From NCBI RefSeq assembly GCF_037042905.1, contig NC_087251.1, positions 37,882,001-37,946,000 on the forward strand: DNA of 64,000 bases, given 5' to 3'. Source of the DNA: Lytechinus pictus (taxonomy: Eukaryota). Every line of letters begins with the position of its first letter. Positions within the stretch are counted from its first letter, which is position 1. The notes beneath the pieces were generated by a model, which did not search any database, was not told the origin of the DNA, and worked only from the letters and a program-made list of their open reading frames with translations. Below are positions 1 through 13,437 of the stretch, piece after piece. Position numbers and translations under genes: made by a program.

Positions 1-363
1 GAAGCTACAAAATCTAAAATTACATTCCAGTAATAAGTCTGTATGGCATGTTTTGGCAGTTTCAGTAATCACTTCATGAATATTTAAATAGCCGTCTGGC
101 AACCGAGCATGCCGAATTCCATACACAGTATGCTACCAATTGCATTTCTGGATCAATATCTCATTATAATGAATAACTTCATCACTGGTTTCATGCATAT
201 TGTGTTATTCATTTATACACAGATCTTAAATGGTGCAAGGATGATGTCTCCCACCATGCAGGAGAAGTTAAACTGGAAATAATTGAAGTCAAAATGTGTT
301 TCGAATCTCTGCAATGGCGAGTTGAAAGTTCTTCATCCGCTGTTGAATTGATTTTCTATGAAT
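1..363 (-). other. Probable non-coding/5'UTR exon of the left-hand gene (continues beyond window)
   Basis: Polypyrimidine tract plus AG at 365-364. All three minus frames contain stops and there are several short ATG ORFs. Confidence 0.4.
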
Positions 364-3300
364 CTGAAAGTGAGAAAGAAAGAAAGAAAGTAGAATACTA
401 TTATTGTTGGGGGTACCACATTACGTACAATAAAAAAAACTGGTAAAATGTGAGTCAGCTGGTAGAAAACAGATAATACTAAAAAATGAAGATTTTTACT
501 CCATTTATTTAATGATTTATTTCACCATTCAACTAGACCCACTTTAGTGGTGGTCGCTGTTTCACGGCATTACAAAGTTTTAACAGGCAGATTTAGTGGT
601 CTTTAAGCCAAAAGTGAAGTCCATCAATGAATAACAATATGATATTAGCAAATCTTTGAAAACAAACTACATGTAAATTGTAATACATGTATTTAACAAA
701 AATAAGAATGATTAATGTAAATCATGCAAATAAAACAAGGTTAAAGATGGTATTGCAAATGCAATTCCTCTTTGCAAGGAGTTAGTTTTGACACACTTTT
801 CATTTGAAATTAATGGACGGAAGCAGTGTTTTTATGATGAGTGGTGGTCAGAAATCTTCTGTGCCAATTAGACCCATACCACTATAGCTATAACACCGGT
901 TCATTTGTCAAATTAAGATGATTTTCAGTGCCATTTTTACATGTTTGCATCGATACATAGGCCTGTACATGTAATAGATTACATAATTTATTTATGATGC
1001 AAGAATTTATTTGAAATTTTTTTTTGGGTACACTCATAAAGTCTGGTCACATACTTCTCATACAGATTCATTACAAATCAGTGTGTGAAACATTGATTTT
1101 AAAACCCTTTAATATACAAAATAAATGAATTATTTATACATGATGATTCTTACATGTAATTTGATGGTCTATTTATTGATAATATTGGGAATAGTAAAAA
1201 ACACTGCTCTTTACCAGTGCATTGATTCACTACAAGTCTACACGCAGACCACTGACAAAACCCTCCTACAAGTAGGCCTACATGTTTGGGATACAATATG
1301 TAACACTTGTTTACAATTTAAATGAAAATAACACCTTTGAAAATATGCTTTCCATCTTTACCAGAGCATGATCATTTTATCATTGTAACTATCAAATACC
1401 ACTTCCCAGATTTTACGAACCAATGGTGAAATCCCTATTCTATGGGGCATATGTCGCTCACATGGATTTAGATCCTAATCTAAAGAGATTTAGGAAGAGT
1501 TTTGAACAACTTTACAAGTAGATTTCCTGTTCTATTCTTCTGTTTACAATCAAAGGGAAAAGAGACTGCAATCTTTGATCAAACAATCCAACCTTTCCCC
1601 TTTATCCTCCACCCCCCCCCAAAAAAAATGACTGAAAATTGATAAAGATCCATCCTTTAGAGATTCTTTTGGGCTTTAAGTATTTCTAATACAAAATTAT
1701 TCAGATTAAATACAGGAAAGCACCCCTCCCCTCCCACCACCCAAATAATATGAATAATAATTGAAAAACTAGAACATCTAGTTAAAAAGAGATGAAATTA
1801 TGCAAACAGAATTGATTTTTAATGCAGACAATGATGAATTGCTATGGTTGTTCTCCCTCAATGGCTAATTTCTATTCATTGTTGTCCTTTACAAAGGAAC
1901 CCACGGGACCATTTCTCATGAATTGAAAATGGGCTTTTGATAGCAGCATAACAAAGAACAAGATGGATGTGGTTGTATCGTATTTAGTAGATAGGCCTAA
2001 ATGCACTCAATTGTATGGTGATAGTTATAAAAAGTTCTTAAAAGCCTGTACATTTATACTTAATTCCATTTTTTTCCAGTATAAAGTTGTGTATAAATAA
2101 AGTATATACATTTAGGTAGCCAATATACAAATGTAGCAACAGGATTTTTTTTATCGAATTCCGAACTATATTACACATTTGGCAGTCAAATATTGAAACT
2201 TTCTGGACATTATGAAATTAAATAGTTTTCTTCACCATTGAAACAGTTGGAATAAAGTTTCGTTCGTAATCATTAATGATGAGCACAGAAAAGTTTTGAA
2301 ATGTTTTGATTTCTTCAATTGGTTGGCCTATTTACATGTATAACCACAATCACATGCGTCTCAACGTGTACAAATTACATGTATGTACCTTTCCACAAAT
2401 TGTAAATGGTAAAAGAAGCTAAAACTGAAAGCAAAATGAAGTTATGATTCAACCATCCTTTGCAATAGGTAAAAATCTGGAATTAATCAACAGAAATAAG
2501 TTATTCTGAAAGTAATTACAAAAAAGAGGAAAAGAGCCATTCACATTGATCAATCTACATTTGCTGCTCCCCAACCAGGATGAAAAATGACAAACTTGGT
2601 TATTTGAATGCCCGCTTGTACCCCATCATTGTCCCTAATTAAAAGGGGCTACATGTAATGCTCTGTAGGCCTACTGAGCACAGATTACAGAGTACTGGTA
2701 TTTACTACCAATATGTGTACAAGCTGGACAACACTAAAAGTAAAACACTATTGGCTAATGATAGCACTAATAATAATCAGGCCTGCTAATAATAAAGACA
2801 ATCTGCAATAAATCATTGATTGCACAAGGAGCTCACCGCAAACAGCTGGAGAGATAGCACATGCAGTTGTCATGGTGATGATGACAGCGGAAGATAGAAA
2901 ATCTTTTAGGAAGAGAGTGGAATATTGAAAGTCTTGCAGGGGGCAACATATTATTCAAACTTCACCAATTTGAATGAAAATTGCAAAGGCTATTTAAATT
3001 GCTACAAGAACTGTAGATGTAGACCTAAAATACTTAGCAAACACTGTAGTCCTACGGTGATCAGGTAGTAATGTTACAATTATGTATTACAAACCAAAGC
3101 CTAGAACTGACAGGCCTGTCAAATACCAGCCATCAAAACCGGCAAATGAGGAAAGAAACTTGGCTTAAACATACTCTGTTTTCTTGGTACTTAACAATGA
3201 TCAGACCAAACTGATGTGCTCAAGTGAACTTAAAATTTGAAAGATACTCCAGACATCATTCTTAGCTTTCACTCTTCCCTATTATCTGAAGGACATTCCA

Positions 3301-3715
3301 CCTCCACCAACTGTATTGATCCTACCTGAAGGTCTAATCCTCAGACCAAACAGTTTTACTTCTTCGCCAAGAAGCCATGAACACAACACCCTAAGTAAAT
3401 ATACCCTTTCATTCATATTCTTCCCTGCATAAATTTGTTTTGGGAAGAAGACTGGCCTCTTCAGAAGCTACCCAACACTTGTGAAGAAGGTTACAATTAG
3501 TGCTATGAAAAGAAATGATGATAGATTTGCGTCTGGATTCTAAAGGATACATGGGTGTTTTTGCTCGAGAAATCCCCCCTTTTCTGCAATTTGACACTTA
3601 AAATTTCTTGGGAAGTGGGTGATAAATACCTGGCTTTACTTTTGAATAACAATACTCTTACATTTATCTCTCTATGGAGAAAATTGTGAACAAAAAAATC
3701 TTTAAGTTTTCCATA

Positions 3716-3891
3716 CTGGTGGGTGTCTCATAAAAGCTGTTTGTACGAATGACTGGTAACCCTCTCTTATGTACTTAATCAACACTTATTAAAATATATG
3801 GTGTACATCATTTACCACAAGAAAGGATCACCAGTTGTTTGTAAAGTTTTTTACAAGTAACTTATGAACAGCTTTATGGAACACCCATCAG
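3716..3891. mobile_element. Palindromic MITE (GGGTGTTTCATAAAGCTGTT family)
   Basis: Terminal inverted repeats ctggtgggtgtctcataaaagctgt / acagctttatggaacacccatcag. A related copy is at 41960-42133, with fragments near 4140 and 35250-35405. Confidence 0.7.
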
Positions 3892-4897
3892 GTATCATAC
3901 AGCCAGTAATTTGGGGACCAAACTACATGTAACTGTACAACATTTTGGGCATTTGTTTGAAGAAAAAAGATCAGTCAATTTTATGATGAGTATAATCATA
4001 ATTAATTTTTTTTATGGGGGGTGTAGTAGACCTGACACAGCCTGTATGGTATCAGGAAGCAAGTGGTAGGCACATAATTGAATTGTGTCAGTCTTGCAAA
4101 ATGAATTCTACAGATCCCAGGCAAGGGAAGAGACTGTTTCAAAAAGCTGTTTGTAAGCAAGTCATTATCTACTTAATACATAGCTGGTGACCAAATTCTT
4201 GTGCTTCTTGTACTTTACAAATTCTGTTTTAACACACGGTAAAAGTGAACATTCTACAATTCTGTTTGAATCTTGAAAATAACACCTTTTCTCAATTCAA
4301 ATGCTTGTTGACAAAAAGAATTATAATCTAACTTTATCTGATCTGATCCAAATGACTATGTCACAGAATTGTGATTTACCCTATTGGATGTGCAACAGAA
4401 TTGCATGTGTCAGTAATGGTAATTGAAATTAAATTGAGTGAGAACTACATGTACATGTGGTCTCAGCAGATTTTAGAAACCTAGCTTTTGTTTCAGTCTA
4501 GCATGAGAATGACTTTTTCTGAAATCATACAATCAAACATGTACATGTACATATGTAGGCCTAAACCAGTGGCGGAGAGGAGGAGTTTAACAAACAAACA
4601 GAAGAAAGGACATTTTTAAAATAAGTGTTGATCCCGGTGTCAAATGACAAACAAACTAAAAACAAAACAGACAACCCAACAAAAATTAACAGCCATTAAA
4701 ACAGACAAAAGGTTCTGGTATGAGTGAATCTATACTAGACCCCTCTATTTATTTTTAAAAACATATCTCAAATGATCACATCACATTTATTTACATGAAA
4801 CGTCAACGTAAGTGTACTGTACATAGGTTTTAATACAATACCAAGGTACGATAATACGCCAGTGGCGGACTGTACCAGACTGGAAGAAGTAACTAAC

Positions 4898-5830
4898 TAA
4901 GACACCGTTCTCACTACCTTCTTAAAACTAGTTTACTGGAAACTAGTCTAACGTGTAGTGAGAATGGTCGAAAGGATTTTGGAAGCGATCTTCCAAACCG
5001 GTTCAGAAAACCACCTCGCAATGTAGTTTTCAAGATCGCTTTGCCTCGTTTAACTGGTTTTAGCGTAAGTGAGCACACCACTGTTCTTCGGGAAGCAATC
5101 TTCGCACACCTTGAGCGCGCTACTCCACATGACGGGTGTAGAATGCCTACCCTGCGGTTTCGAATTTCACGTGAAATGTGTCGCCCCACTGAGAGCATTT
5201 CCATAGCAACAAGATCGCTTTACGTGAAGTGATTTTGAAAACTACTTTCGTGTGATCAAGTGGGAACGCTAGCAAAGCGATCTTCCAAACTGGTTTCCGG
5301 CAAGAGTTCCATATGCACCCCCACTAAAATTGAAAATAAAAACATAGAGAAGGTTTAGAATAATATATCTAGCCCTTATATAGAACATATATGATGGGGG
5401 AGTGGAAATACATACCAATTAAAATATGGCTTTATTCTGTCAAATTTTGAGCAGGATCTAGTGCGTGTAATTGTCCATAGACATCGGTTTATTTAGTCAG
5501 TAAAGGGTCTGTGAGTCTAGACTAGACAAACTATCGGCTGATAATCGTTAAAATACCCCTTCTAGTATCAGCGCTTCTCGCTAGCATAGCGGGAAGAGGT
5601 CTTGAGACTCGACTGTAGATAAAATGAGGTGAGTTCGAGTCCCAACTAAGGTAAGCAAGAGTGACAAAAGTCAGAAAAATCTTAAGTTAATGAACTGGAA
5701 AGTCTGGAAGTCTAAACAATCTTCTGTTATTTTTGGTGTGGGTGCATATGGAACTCTTTCCCTGGTCTCCTTTCCTGAATCGGTTTCCAGTAAACTAGTT
5801 TTTAGAAAGCATAATGAGATCGGCCTCTTA
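4898..5830. mobile_element. Degenerate non-autonomous TIR DNA transposon
   Basis: Imperfect ~45-bp inverted ends sharing aaaactagtttactggaaac (about 4925-4943, inverted at about 5783-5802), plus internal repeats gcgatcttccaaac. Confidence 0.5.
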
Positions 5831-5993
5831 GGATTACATTTAATAGGATTAGGATAGCACCAAAAATTTAACAGAAAATGTCTGTCTTTGTTTACTTCCA
5901 ATCTCTCCTCCATGAATTGTGATTGAAATGTACGGAACAGAGACCAAAGAATTCAGTCTAGATAAGACCCAAAACATCAAGAAAAGTTCAAAG

Positions 5994-6420
5994 ACTTACT
6001 CTCTATTTTGTTAAATCTAAACGGACTCTCCCCCTCCCCCCCAACAAATTTGTAAACCCTCTCTCTCTCCTCAGTCTGCGTGCAGTTGCTCAGGTCCGAC
6101 AACGGGGTTCTCCTCATTACCACACGGATCGTTGCGGCATGCGGCGTGCCCAAAGCTTAGCCCCCGTCGAGGCACGCGTCCAACATCAACTCTAATTAAA
6201 CTAGTTTTATAAATTCCAACTGGAATTTTAGAATATTCAAGAGAACAAAATACATAATAAATTGAGTAACAGATGTGTAAAAACTTAACTTACCAGACAA
6301 CAAGTATTTCATTTCGATCTTTAATAAAACAAATCACATTCCAACGGGGAGGACAGTTCACGATCGCGTCAGTCTTGACTTTAGCTCTGTCAGCTCCGTC
6401 GGCTTCGCTATGGGGGTAAA
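5994..6420 (-). promoter_or_regulatory. Putative TSS region with two alternative non-coding first exons of a minus-strand gene running off the left edge
   Basis: CpG-rich patch at about 6060-6640. Two strong minus-strand donors: CTG|GTAAGT (exon ends 6294) and AGA|GTAAGT (exon ends 6000). A matching strong acceptor ctttctttctcactttcag| opens an exon at 363. Confidence 0.5.
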
Positions 6421-8744
6421 GCAAAGGGGTAAACAATGCACACCACTAATCCGGCATACGGGTGCATTGAAACCAGGCAAGTGGCGTTCAAAGCAACGGC
6501 GATCAATTTTCAAAACATATTCAAGCGGGTATAAAACAGCGTGCTGGCGCTGTGTTAGAATGAATGTCCACTACCCATTGAATGGCGTCACAATTCCGAC
6601 GCCACTTTTGTCGGCGGAAGAGTGTGGATCGCAAAGTTCTCAAATCTCAACAAAAATTAAATAAACTGATAATCTGAAATCAACATTTTCAGATTAAGGG
6701 TGTGAACAATGCCCGGGAGTAAAGTGATGGTGCTGGGACTTTGGAATCTTAAATAAAAAAAATTTAAAATGGGAACAGCAAAAACCGAAAAGATCTCCTC
6801 TTATATAAAGAGGAGAAAAATGCTCGTTTTATTTTGACACAAAGCTACAAATTTTTTAAAATCTCATGCCATTTTCTGGCTTGGCATCAACACGCACTCA
6901 GTCTTTCTCTTTTATTTGCATACAATTTAGAACGATCTAATCCAAAGGTCATTTGATATAGCTAGCGCCTTATTCCTTTCGGTCACAAAGCGCTGCAAAC
7001 ACACTACTCCATGTTTGGGTCAGCGTATAGTCTATACAATATTATTCATTGTCCTTTAATAAGCAAATTTCAAACTTCTCTCTTTATCTTTCTCTCTCTA
7101 TGTGTATATATATAGAGAGAGAGAGAAAAAAAAATGACATAATTAAATTAATAAAATTTTCTTCCATTTTCTTTTTTTTCGATTAGTTTGTTAATTATTT
7201 TCTTTCCTTGATGGAGAACATATATGGAGAGAGAGAGTATAACAAAAAATATTATATAACAATTTTCTGGGGGCAAATCATTCGGGAAGAACATGTTAAA
7301 CTCATTGACGATCGTCTTTGTACAATCATGCTCATAAGTGAGCACGCCATAAAAAAAATCACTAAAAATTCACAAGGGGCCATGTATTTTTGGAAAATTT
7401 GTGATTCAGGATCTTGATAATTTGTTTTCTGGTTATAAGTGATATTCAGCAGTTAACCAATTACCCCTCTTTTAATAATATATGATTTAGTAAGCTCATA
7501 ATGATAACTAATAGTTACTGTTTCTTACGTTTTAAATTTCCAATCTGTTAAATTATTGAATAATTATTAATAAGTTTAATTTCAGAAACTTGTTCGTTTT
7601 CCGAATATAAGAGTTTGAAATCAATATGATGGTTGAGTTGTGAACAAAGAATATGTATAAAACGAAACAGCAAATATTGAGTGTTATTTGTAAATTTTGA
7701 AAAGCATTACAATACATTGATAATCGACATGCTTACTCACTTGACAAATGAATCGTATTTCTCATTAGTTGGTAAAAGAAACATAATAGAAAAGTTAACC
7801 CCCCCTTCTCCCCCACCCACCCCCTCTCTCTCTCATTCCCTCTTCCTTTTATTCACCTCTCTTCCTCACTCCCCCTCCTTTTCTTCACAAAGATAAATGA
7901 TTTCATTGTCTACTCTATCTACCCAAGGCCTTTCTCATCACTTTCAACTTTTATAATTATGTTAAAATATAATAGATATTTATTACGGATATTCATAATT
8001 GCTTCATCAAGAAGACCACTCAAGGACGAACTAGAATTATGGTACACATTTAGAGGTTGCCCCTCTCCCACCTCTCTCAGTTACTACAGATTTTTCACCG
8101 TAATCAGTTATTATTTTTATCTAGGAACCGTACTAAGCTGAAGTGCTACCATTCAGAACTTTGCTAAACCATTTTCGGACATTCTTTGGCTATATTATTT
8201 TGTCACCTATGTTTCTCACGATTTTTGTGAGCAGCAAGCCTACTATAGCCATGTTTGACTTGTATAGTGCAAATTAAGAGTGACACTGCACGGACTTTAG
8301 TGAGGATTAGTTCCAGTGATGAATAGACGGAGGTTCTATTCAGGATCTACTTATCTTTGACTTACCAACTTGAAACAATAACATTAAAGAAGATTACGCC
8401 TCATTCTTTGGTCATCCTTCCATTGTTCTCCCTGGACTGCGCCAAGGTTCTAAATACATACAATGCATTATGAAAACATGACGTCATTATTTACAATTTT
8501 TTTTGTCATTATCCCAGTATTTTATTTTTCGTGACCGTGTTTCGATTTTTCGTTCGCACGTGATGAAAAAACACAATATGACATGAGTTCAGTACATGGT
8601 GTTTTGAACCTGCTCATTACAAATAAATTTTGTAATGACATCCATGCACTTTGGTCCGTATGTTGGTTCATCACCTCTGGAAATATGGTCTTTAATTTAG
8701 CCACCTTTCAGTTCCAAGTGCAACATAACCTCTTTTAATAATTT

Positions 8745-8970
8745 ACTCTCCAAGGATTTAATATAAATCCAGATCGGCAGTGAATAGTGACCAACCAAAT
8801 ATTAGATTTAGATTTAAACTTGTGGATTTAAAATATAGAGCTAAAAATAGTTGAATTGAAATCTTTTGAGATTTAAAGTTCAACCCCTCAGATAAAAATA
8901 AATCTTATATTCGACTGGTCACTATTCACAGACAATCTGTATCTATTTTGAATCCCTGAAATTTAGAGTG
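8745..8970. mobile_element. Palindromic MITE
   Basis: Inverted arms gtgaatagtgaccaaccaaatat / atattcgactggtcactattcac. Confidence 0.55.
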
Positions 8971-11252
8971 CACTTTAACGAAATGAAAACTTATTCTTCC
9001 ATGTTTTTATCTTTCCAAAAGCTTTATATTTCGAGTGTATATGAATAGGGGACTATAACGTAACTAAATCGTTACAATACAAAAGATCAGATTGGATGTT
9101 CAGGAGACTGGTTTTAACTGGGGGGGGGGGGGGGTACGTGGATGAAAACATACTATGAGAACAACAAAAAAGTTTGATGATATCACACTCTTTTTATTTG
9201 ACACCAATTGGGATTTAAGTTAGAATTTATAGCGATTATATGCATCAACTCTGTGCCACCAAAGCACTTGTATTATTCTTCGGTGAGTGGTTGCAATAAA
9301 GCGGTGTTTTTTAAGAGAAAATCAACATGGTGACAACTCTCGATTGTTATTCAAACAGATAAACCCATTTACATCTTTATGGATGATCAATAAAATCCAC
9401 ATTCTCTAAAATATTTTTTTAGATATAACAATTTCCGTTCTACGACGCAATAGTTCAGTCACTAATTTGATCAGTTCAATGCATAAGCCTTTGGTAAACG
9501 ATATTAGAAAGGATCCAAATAAAGATGTCGAAATTTGTGATTAGTTTTAAACAACCCACAAGTATTTTAACATTTTAGACATCCTCCCATGCAGCGAAAG
9601 AACGAACAATTAACGAAGATGCATAATTATATATCCCTTCAGTTAATATACAAACATGATGAATTTAATTTCTTGATGTGATCTAAATAACATGCAGGCA
9701 GTGGCGACGACATGGTATTTTGATAGGGTGTGCATAACATTGACATAATTTTTATCTTAGTTGAAAAGTAGGGGATCATAGAATAATACACGGCCAGAAT
9801 CTCTCATTTTCTTATTTACTTCCTCCTTTTTTCTTATTTTTCTTCCTTTTCCGTCTTTTTTTCCTATTTTCTTCAACTACTTGAAAATCATAAGGATGGT
9901 CGCCCCTATGCCCCCTCCATCCGTGGCAATTCCCCAAATAAATTGCTATAAAGTACACCTCCACTCTACTGCATTGTGAGGGGGGCTATAAACATTTATA
10001 TGCATATATTTTTCAACAGCAAACATGGTCATTAAGACACTAAAATATATTTATTGTGATTGCTCCGCTGTATGCATTTATTTATCCTCAATTTTAGCTT
10101 GCATGCAATAGAATAGTATACCCCCCCCCCCATCCCTACATGCAAATTTCGCCACACAAGTCGGTGTCGTTATTCGATATCGAAACATCATATCAGAATA
10201 TTCATACGCCACAGTACAGTGAGTCACACACGATTTAATAATGCAACATCCAGATGCAATCTACTCAACGACATGATGACATGCATGCAAGCGAGTCAAG
10301 CATGAATTGAAATAACAAGATCAGTCACTCTTATTTTGACTGCCATAATTTCCAATATGAAAGAGCAGGCAATATGGCCGATCAGCTTCAACTTGCTATC
10401 ATAAAGCTCGAGTGTTAGCAGCGTATACACATCCAACATGATTGCTCCAACGTATATCCACATTGCTGAATTAGGCCTATATAAGAATTTAAAGCATTTC
10501 ACACCCTCAGAAAAGTTTTAAGCAACCTTTAAGTTGGTTCACGTAAGATAAACCAATTATTGGTTAAAACAAGAGTTCATGAAATTGAACAGGGCTTCTT
10601 TTAACCAGCAATTAGTCGGTTCACCTTTTAACCGCTTTTGGGGTAGTTTCAAAATTTTCTGAGATTTTAAATTAAGTGGCCGTCATAACATGGAGGCTTC
10701 CAGAGAACCTTCAATTAATATGTTATGAGCGTGGTGTGTAATGTAGCTGTGCCTAAATTTGAAACTGTTTTCTACAGATAGTGCCTACATTAAAAGGTAA
10801 TATACACGTAGCTTCATGATAATAGTCTGTGATAAATAAATCTTTCATATACATGTAAAATGTGGTTTTACTAAAATCTAACACAAGTATAGAAAGTAGA
10901 CATCGAAACCAGTATATTACTGTGTGCCTTTGAGGCTATAACAATAAGAGAATATTAATTGAAAATGATAAAATATTCTATAGGAAGCATTGCGATGTTA
11001 TTTTCACCTCCATCAATCATCGACATGTCTGTCGTTAAAGCTTGAATTGTATTATAAACCTATATATACGACAAGAAAGAAAGACATTACAGCTGATTTA
11101 AAAACACGATTAACACATAACCTCTGCATGAGCCCTCGTGTAAAGTAGATCTTATATACACGCAATATACTACGGATAATCATATAATTTTTGATGAAAT
11201 AAAGGGAATAGCATTGCACCAGGCGAATGTGGTAATACTGTATATAAGTCGT

Positions 11253-11468
11253 ACTCTAAAACCGAACTAATAAAAGTCATTTAAGTGATCAGCCAGATGT
11301 AACTATTATTTCAGCGATTAAAAAAAAACTATTTCCTAGTGGCATTTGACTTGAACAGTATTTTCTGAAGAGAATATAGATAAGCTTATGATTACATCAG
11401 TTGCTCACAGCTGGCTATTAATCTATAATCTAGTCATTTAACCATGTTTACTAGTTGGTTTTTAGAGT
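11253..11468. mobile_element. MITE with ACTCTAAAA-type termini
   Basis: actctaaaaccgaactaataaa ... tttactagttggtttttagagt inverted ends. A similar element is at about 10502-10663. Confidence 0.5.
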
Positions 11469-12303
11469 GTGAAAGGCCCTGAGAAACGAAAAGTATATTC
11501 TTTACAGCTTTATAGTCTAGTGCAAAAATGCCTTACATGTACATTGTGACAAATCTTTGAAACCCAAATATACAATCATGACAAAAGTTTGAATATATAC
11601 AATGCAAGTATAGATTCTACATCAATCATGCAAAGATTTTGAAAATTACCATGTACCATTTGCCAATAATTATGTTTGTCTTTGCAAATGAAATATTTAG
11701 ATTTAGATTTATCATGATAATACATCGTGTATAAAATAATTTTTTCTGATTTTTTTTTCTTCTTACCTCTGATTGAAATGAAAATCATATTACCAAATGT
11801 TATAACACACTTTCAAGATTAAGATAAAAAGTGTATTGAAAATATTCGAAAATTAATGGTCCGCATCAAAACGAATCTCAAATATTAATGCATAATTAAG
11901 CATGTTAATATTAGCAGGTGTGTTTCAAAAACAAGTTGGTGTTCCTAGAGAGCCATCCCCTGAAGTAGTAAAATCACAATATGTATCTGTTTCTGTTTAT
12001 GGTAACTCCCGTAGGAACTTGGCAGGACAGCATTTTGCTAAACGCCAAGCCAGTATATAACCAATTACCTAGGAAACATTTTACATCTAGGTTAATCAGT
12101 CACAGTGGCTGACCTTATCTCGAGATTGAACTTAACACCATCGAGTGTATTATAAGTAACAATTTTAATGGAGTTGTAATAATACCCACATATATTGACC
12201 TAAAAAGTGCAAACATTTGACACTGGAGTAAAATGACTGGTGTAGTCCAATCAACAACAATATTTGCCGAATGACACACACACTGTGTTAATCGTGCTAA
12301 TTT

Positions 12304-13437
12304 TCAAGACTTAATACTCCCAAGAAAGTCCCCTTGAAAACTGCTTTGATTATTCAATTCAAACTTAAGAGAGCTAAGATCAGCAGGGACACTGAGAATG
12401 GTGATGTTTTCGAGTTCATGCCGACGGGTTGTTAGTTGTGACTTAGCAGAGAACACTGTGGCTGTGCTGCTATCAGAAGATATAGCGCTTTCTGCCATAG
12501 AAATCATGTTACGTAATATATCCACAGTGCGCTGAAGACCATCAATGTGGGCAGCCATCTCACTTTCCTTATCCTCCTTGGTCTTGTGGAGGGTGTTGAT
12601 AAGACGGGCCTGTTCGTTCTGTATTATGGTGAGGAACTCTCGGGCCCGTCTCTGCACATCCTTCTGGGCTCGGTCGGATCTTCTCTGGAGGTCTTTGGCG
12701 ATCTGCACCGTACACTCAATGGCGGTTGAGAACACACCGAGCTTACGCTTGCAGTCGGCTAGGATTAGCCGGATTTGATCTCGTTCTCGATCCGCTGCGA
12801 CGGCAAGAGTCACAACCCTGTGTGGAGGTCGGGCATGGTCAGTCTGACCACACTCACCACATATCGCCAGCTCACAAGCTTCACAATACACTGCTACAGT
12901 GCGATCATCATGTTCTGGGCAATAGTAAACAAGATTTGTATTTTCCTCTCCATCTCCTGGACTGCGAATGCACTGTCCAGCTGCTAGCCATGCTTCAATG
13001 TCCCGCATCACATGGTGACGTAGAGCTCGGATCCTCCGATGGGCCCTCACACAATCCTCACAAAGAAACTCACAGCAGTTGAGACAACGAGAAGTTGCGG
13101 GAGAGTTATCCTCGCAGTTTGAACAGGTGTATGTGGTCCCATTGGGTGCTCCACATGGCAGATCTTCCAGTGGCTTCTGAATCGAAGTGACAAGGTCCAG
13201 GAGATTCGAAAGCACGAAGTTATTCTTCAAGTCTGCCACACCCTCTCCTTGCAACGGGGTCTGCTCTCGACATGTCGGACATATCACCGTGTCATGGACC
13301 GTGGGCGCCATACGAAGCAGACACTCCTGACAAAATGTGTGCAGACATTGCAACACCTTCGGTCGCCGGAAGCTGTCCAAACATATCTGACACTCTAAAA
13401 AATCCCCAATCTTCTCAAGCAATGATGATGCCGCCAT
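12304..13437 (-). CDS. Tripartite motif (TRIM/RBCC) E3 ubiquitin ligase, TRIM45/56/71-like N-terminus, intronless CDS, no C-terminal domain
   Basis: 377-aa ORF: C3HC4 RING (CQIC...CLHTFCQEC...CPTC), B-box1 (CSNC...CLNCCEFLCEDCVRAH...HH), B-box2 (CPEH...YCEACELAICGEC...H...H), then a coiled coil, then TGA. Confidence 0.93.
   Translation of the reverse strand: MAASSLLEKIGDFLECQICLDSFRRPKVLQCLHTFCQECLLRMAPTVHDTVICPTCREQTPLQGEGVADLKNNFVLSNLLDLVTSIQKPLEDLPCGAPNGTTYTCSNCEDNSPATSRCLNCCEFLCEDCVRAHRRIRALRHHVMRDIEAWLAAGQCIRSPGDGEENTNLVYYCPEHDDRTVAVYCEACELAICGECGQTDHARPPHRVVTLAVAADRERDQIRLILADCKRKLGVFSTAIECTVQIAKDLQRRSDRAQKDVQRRAREFLTIIQNEQARLINTLHKTKEDKESEMAAHIDGLQRTVDILRNMISMAESAISSDSSTATVFSAKSQLTTRRHELENITILSVPADLSSLKFELNNQSSFQGDFLGSIKS

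Noticed and set aside
3130-3600. Slightly GC-richer stretch that might be a decayed coding or LINE fragment
   Set aside because: No recognisable motif or sustained frame by eye; a blastx search would be needed.
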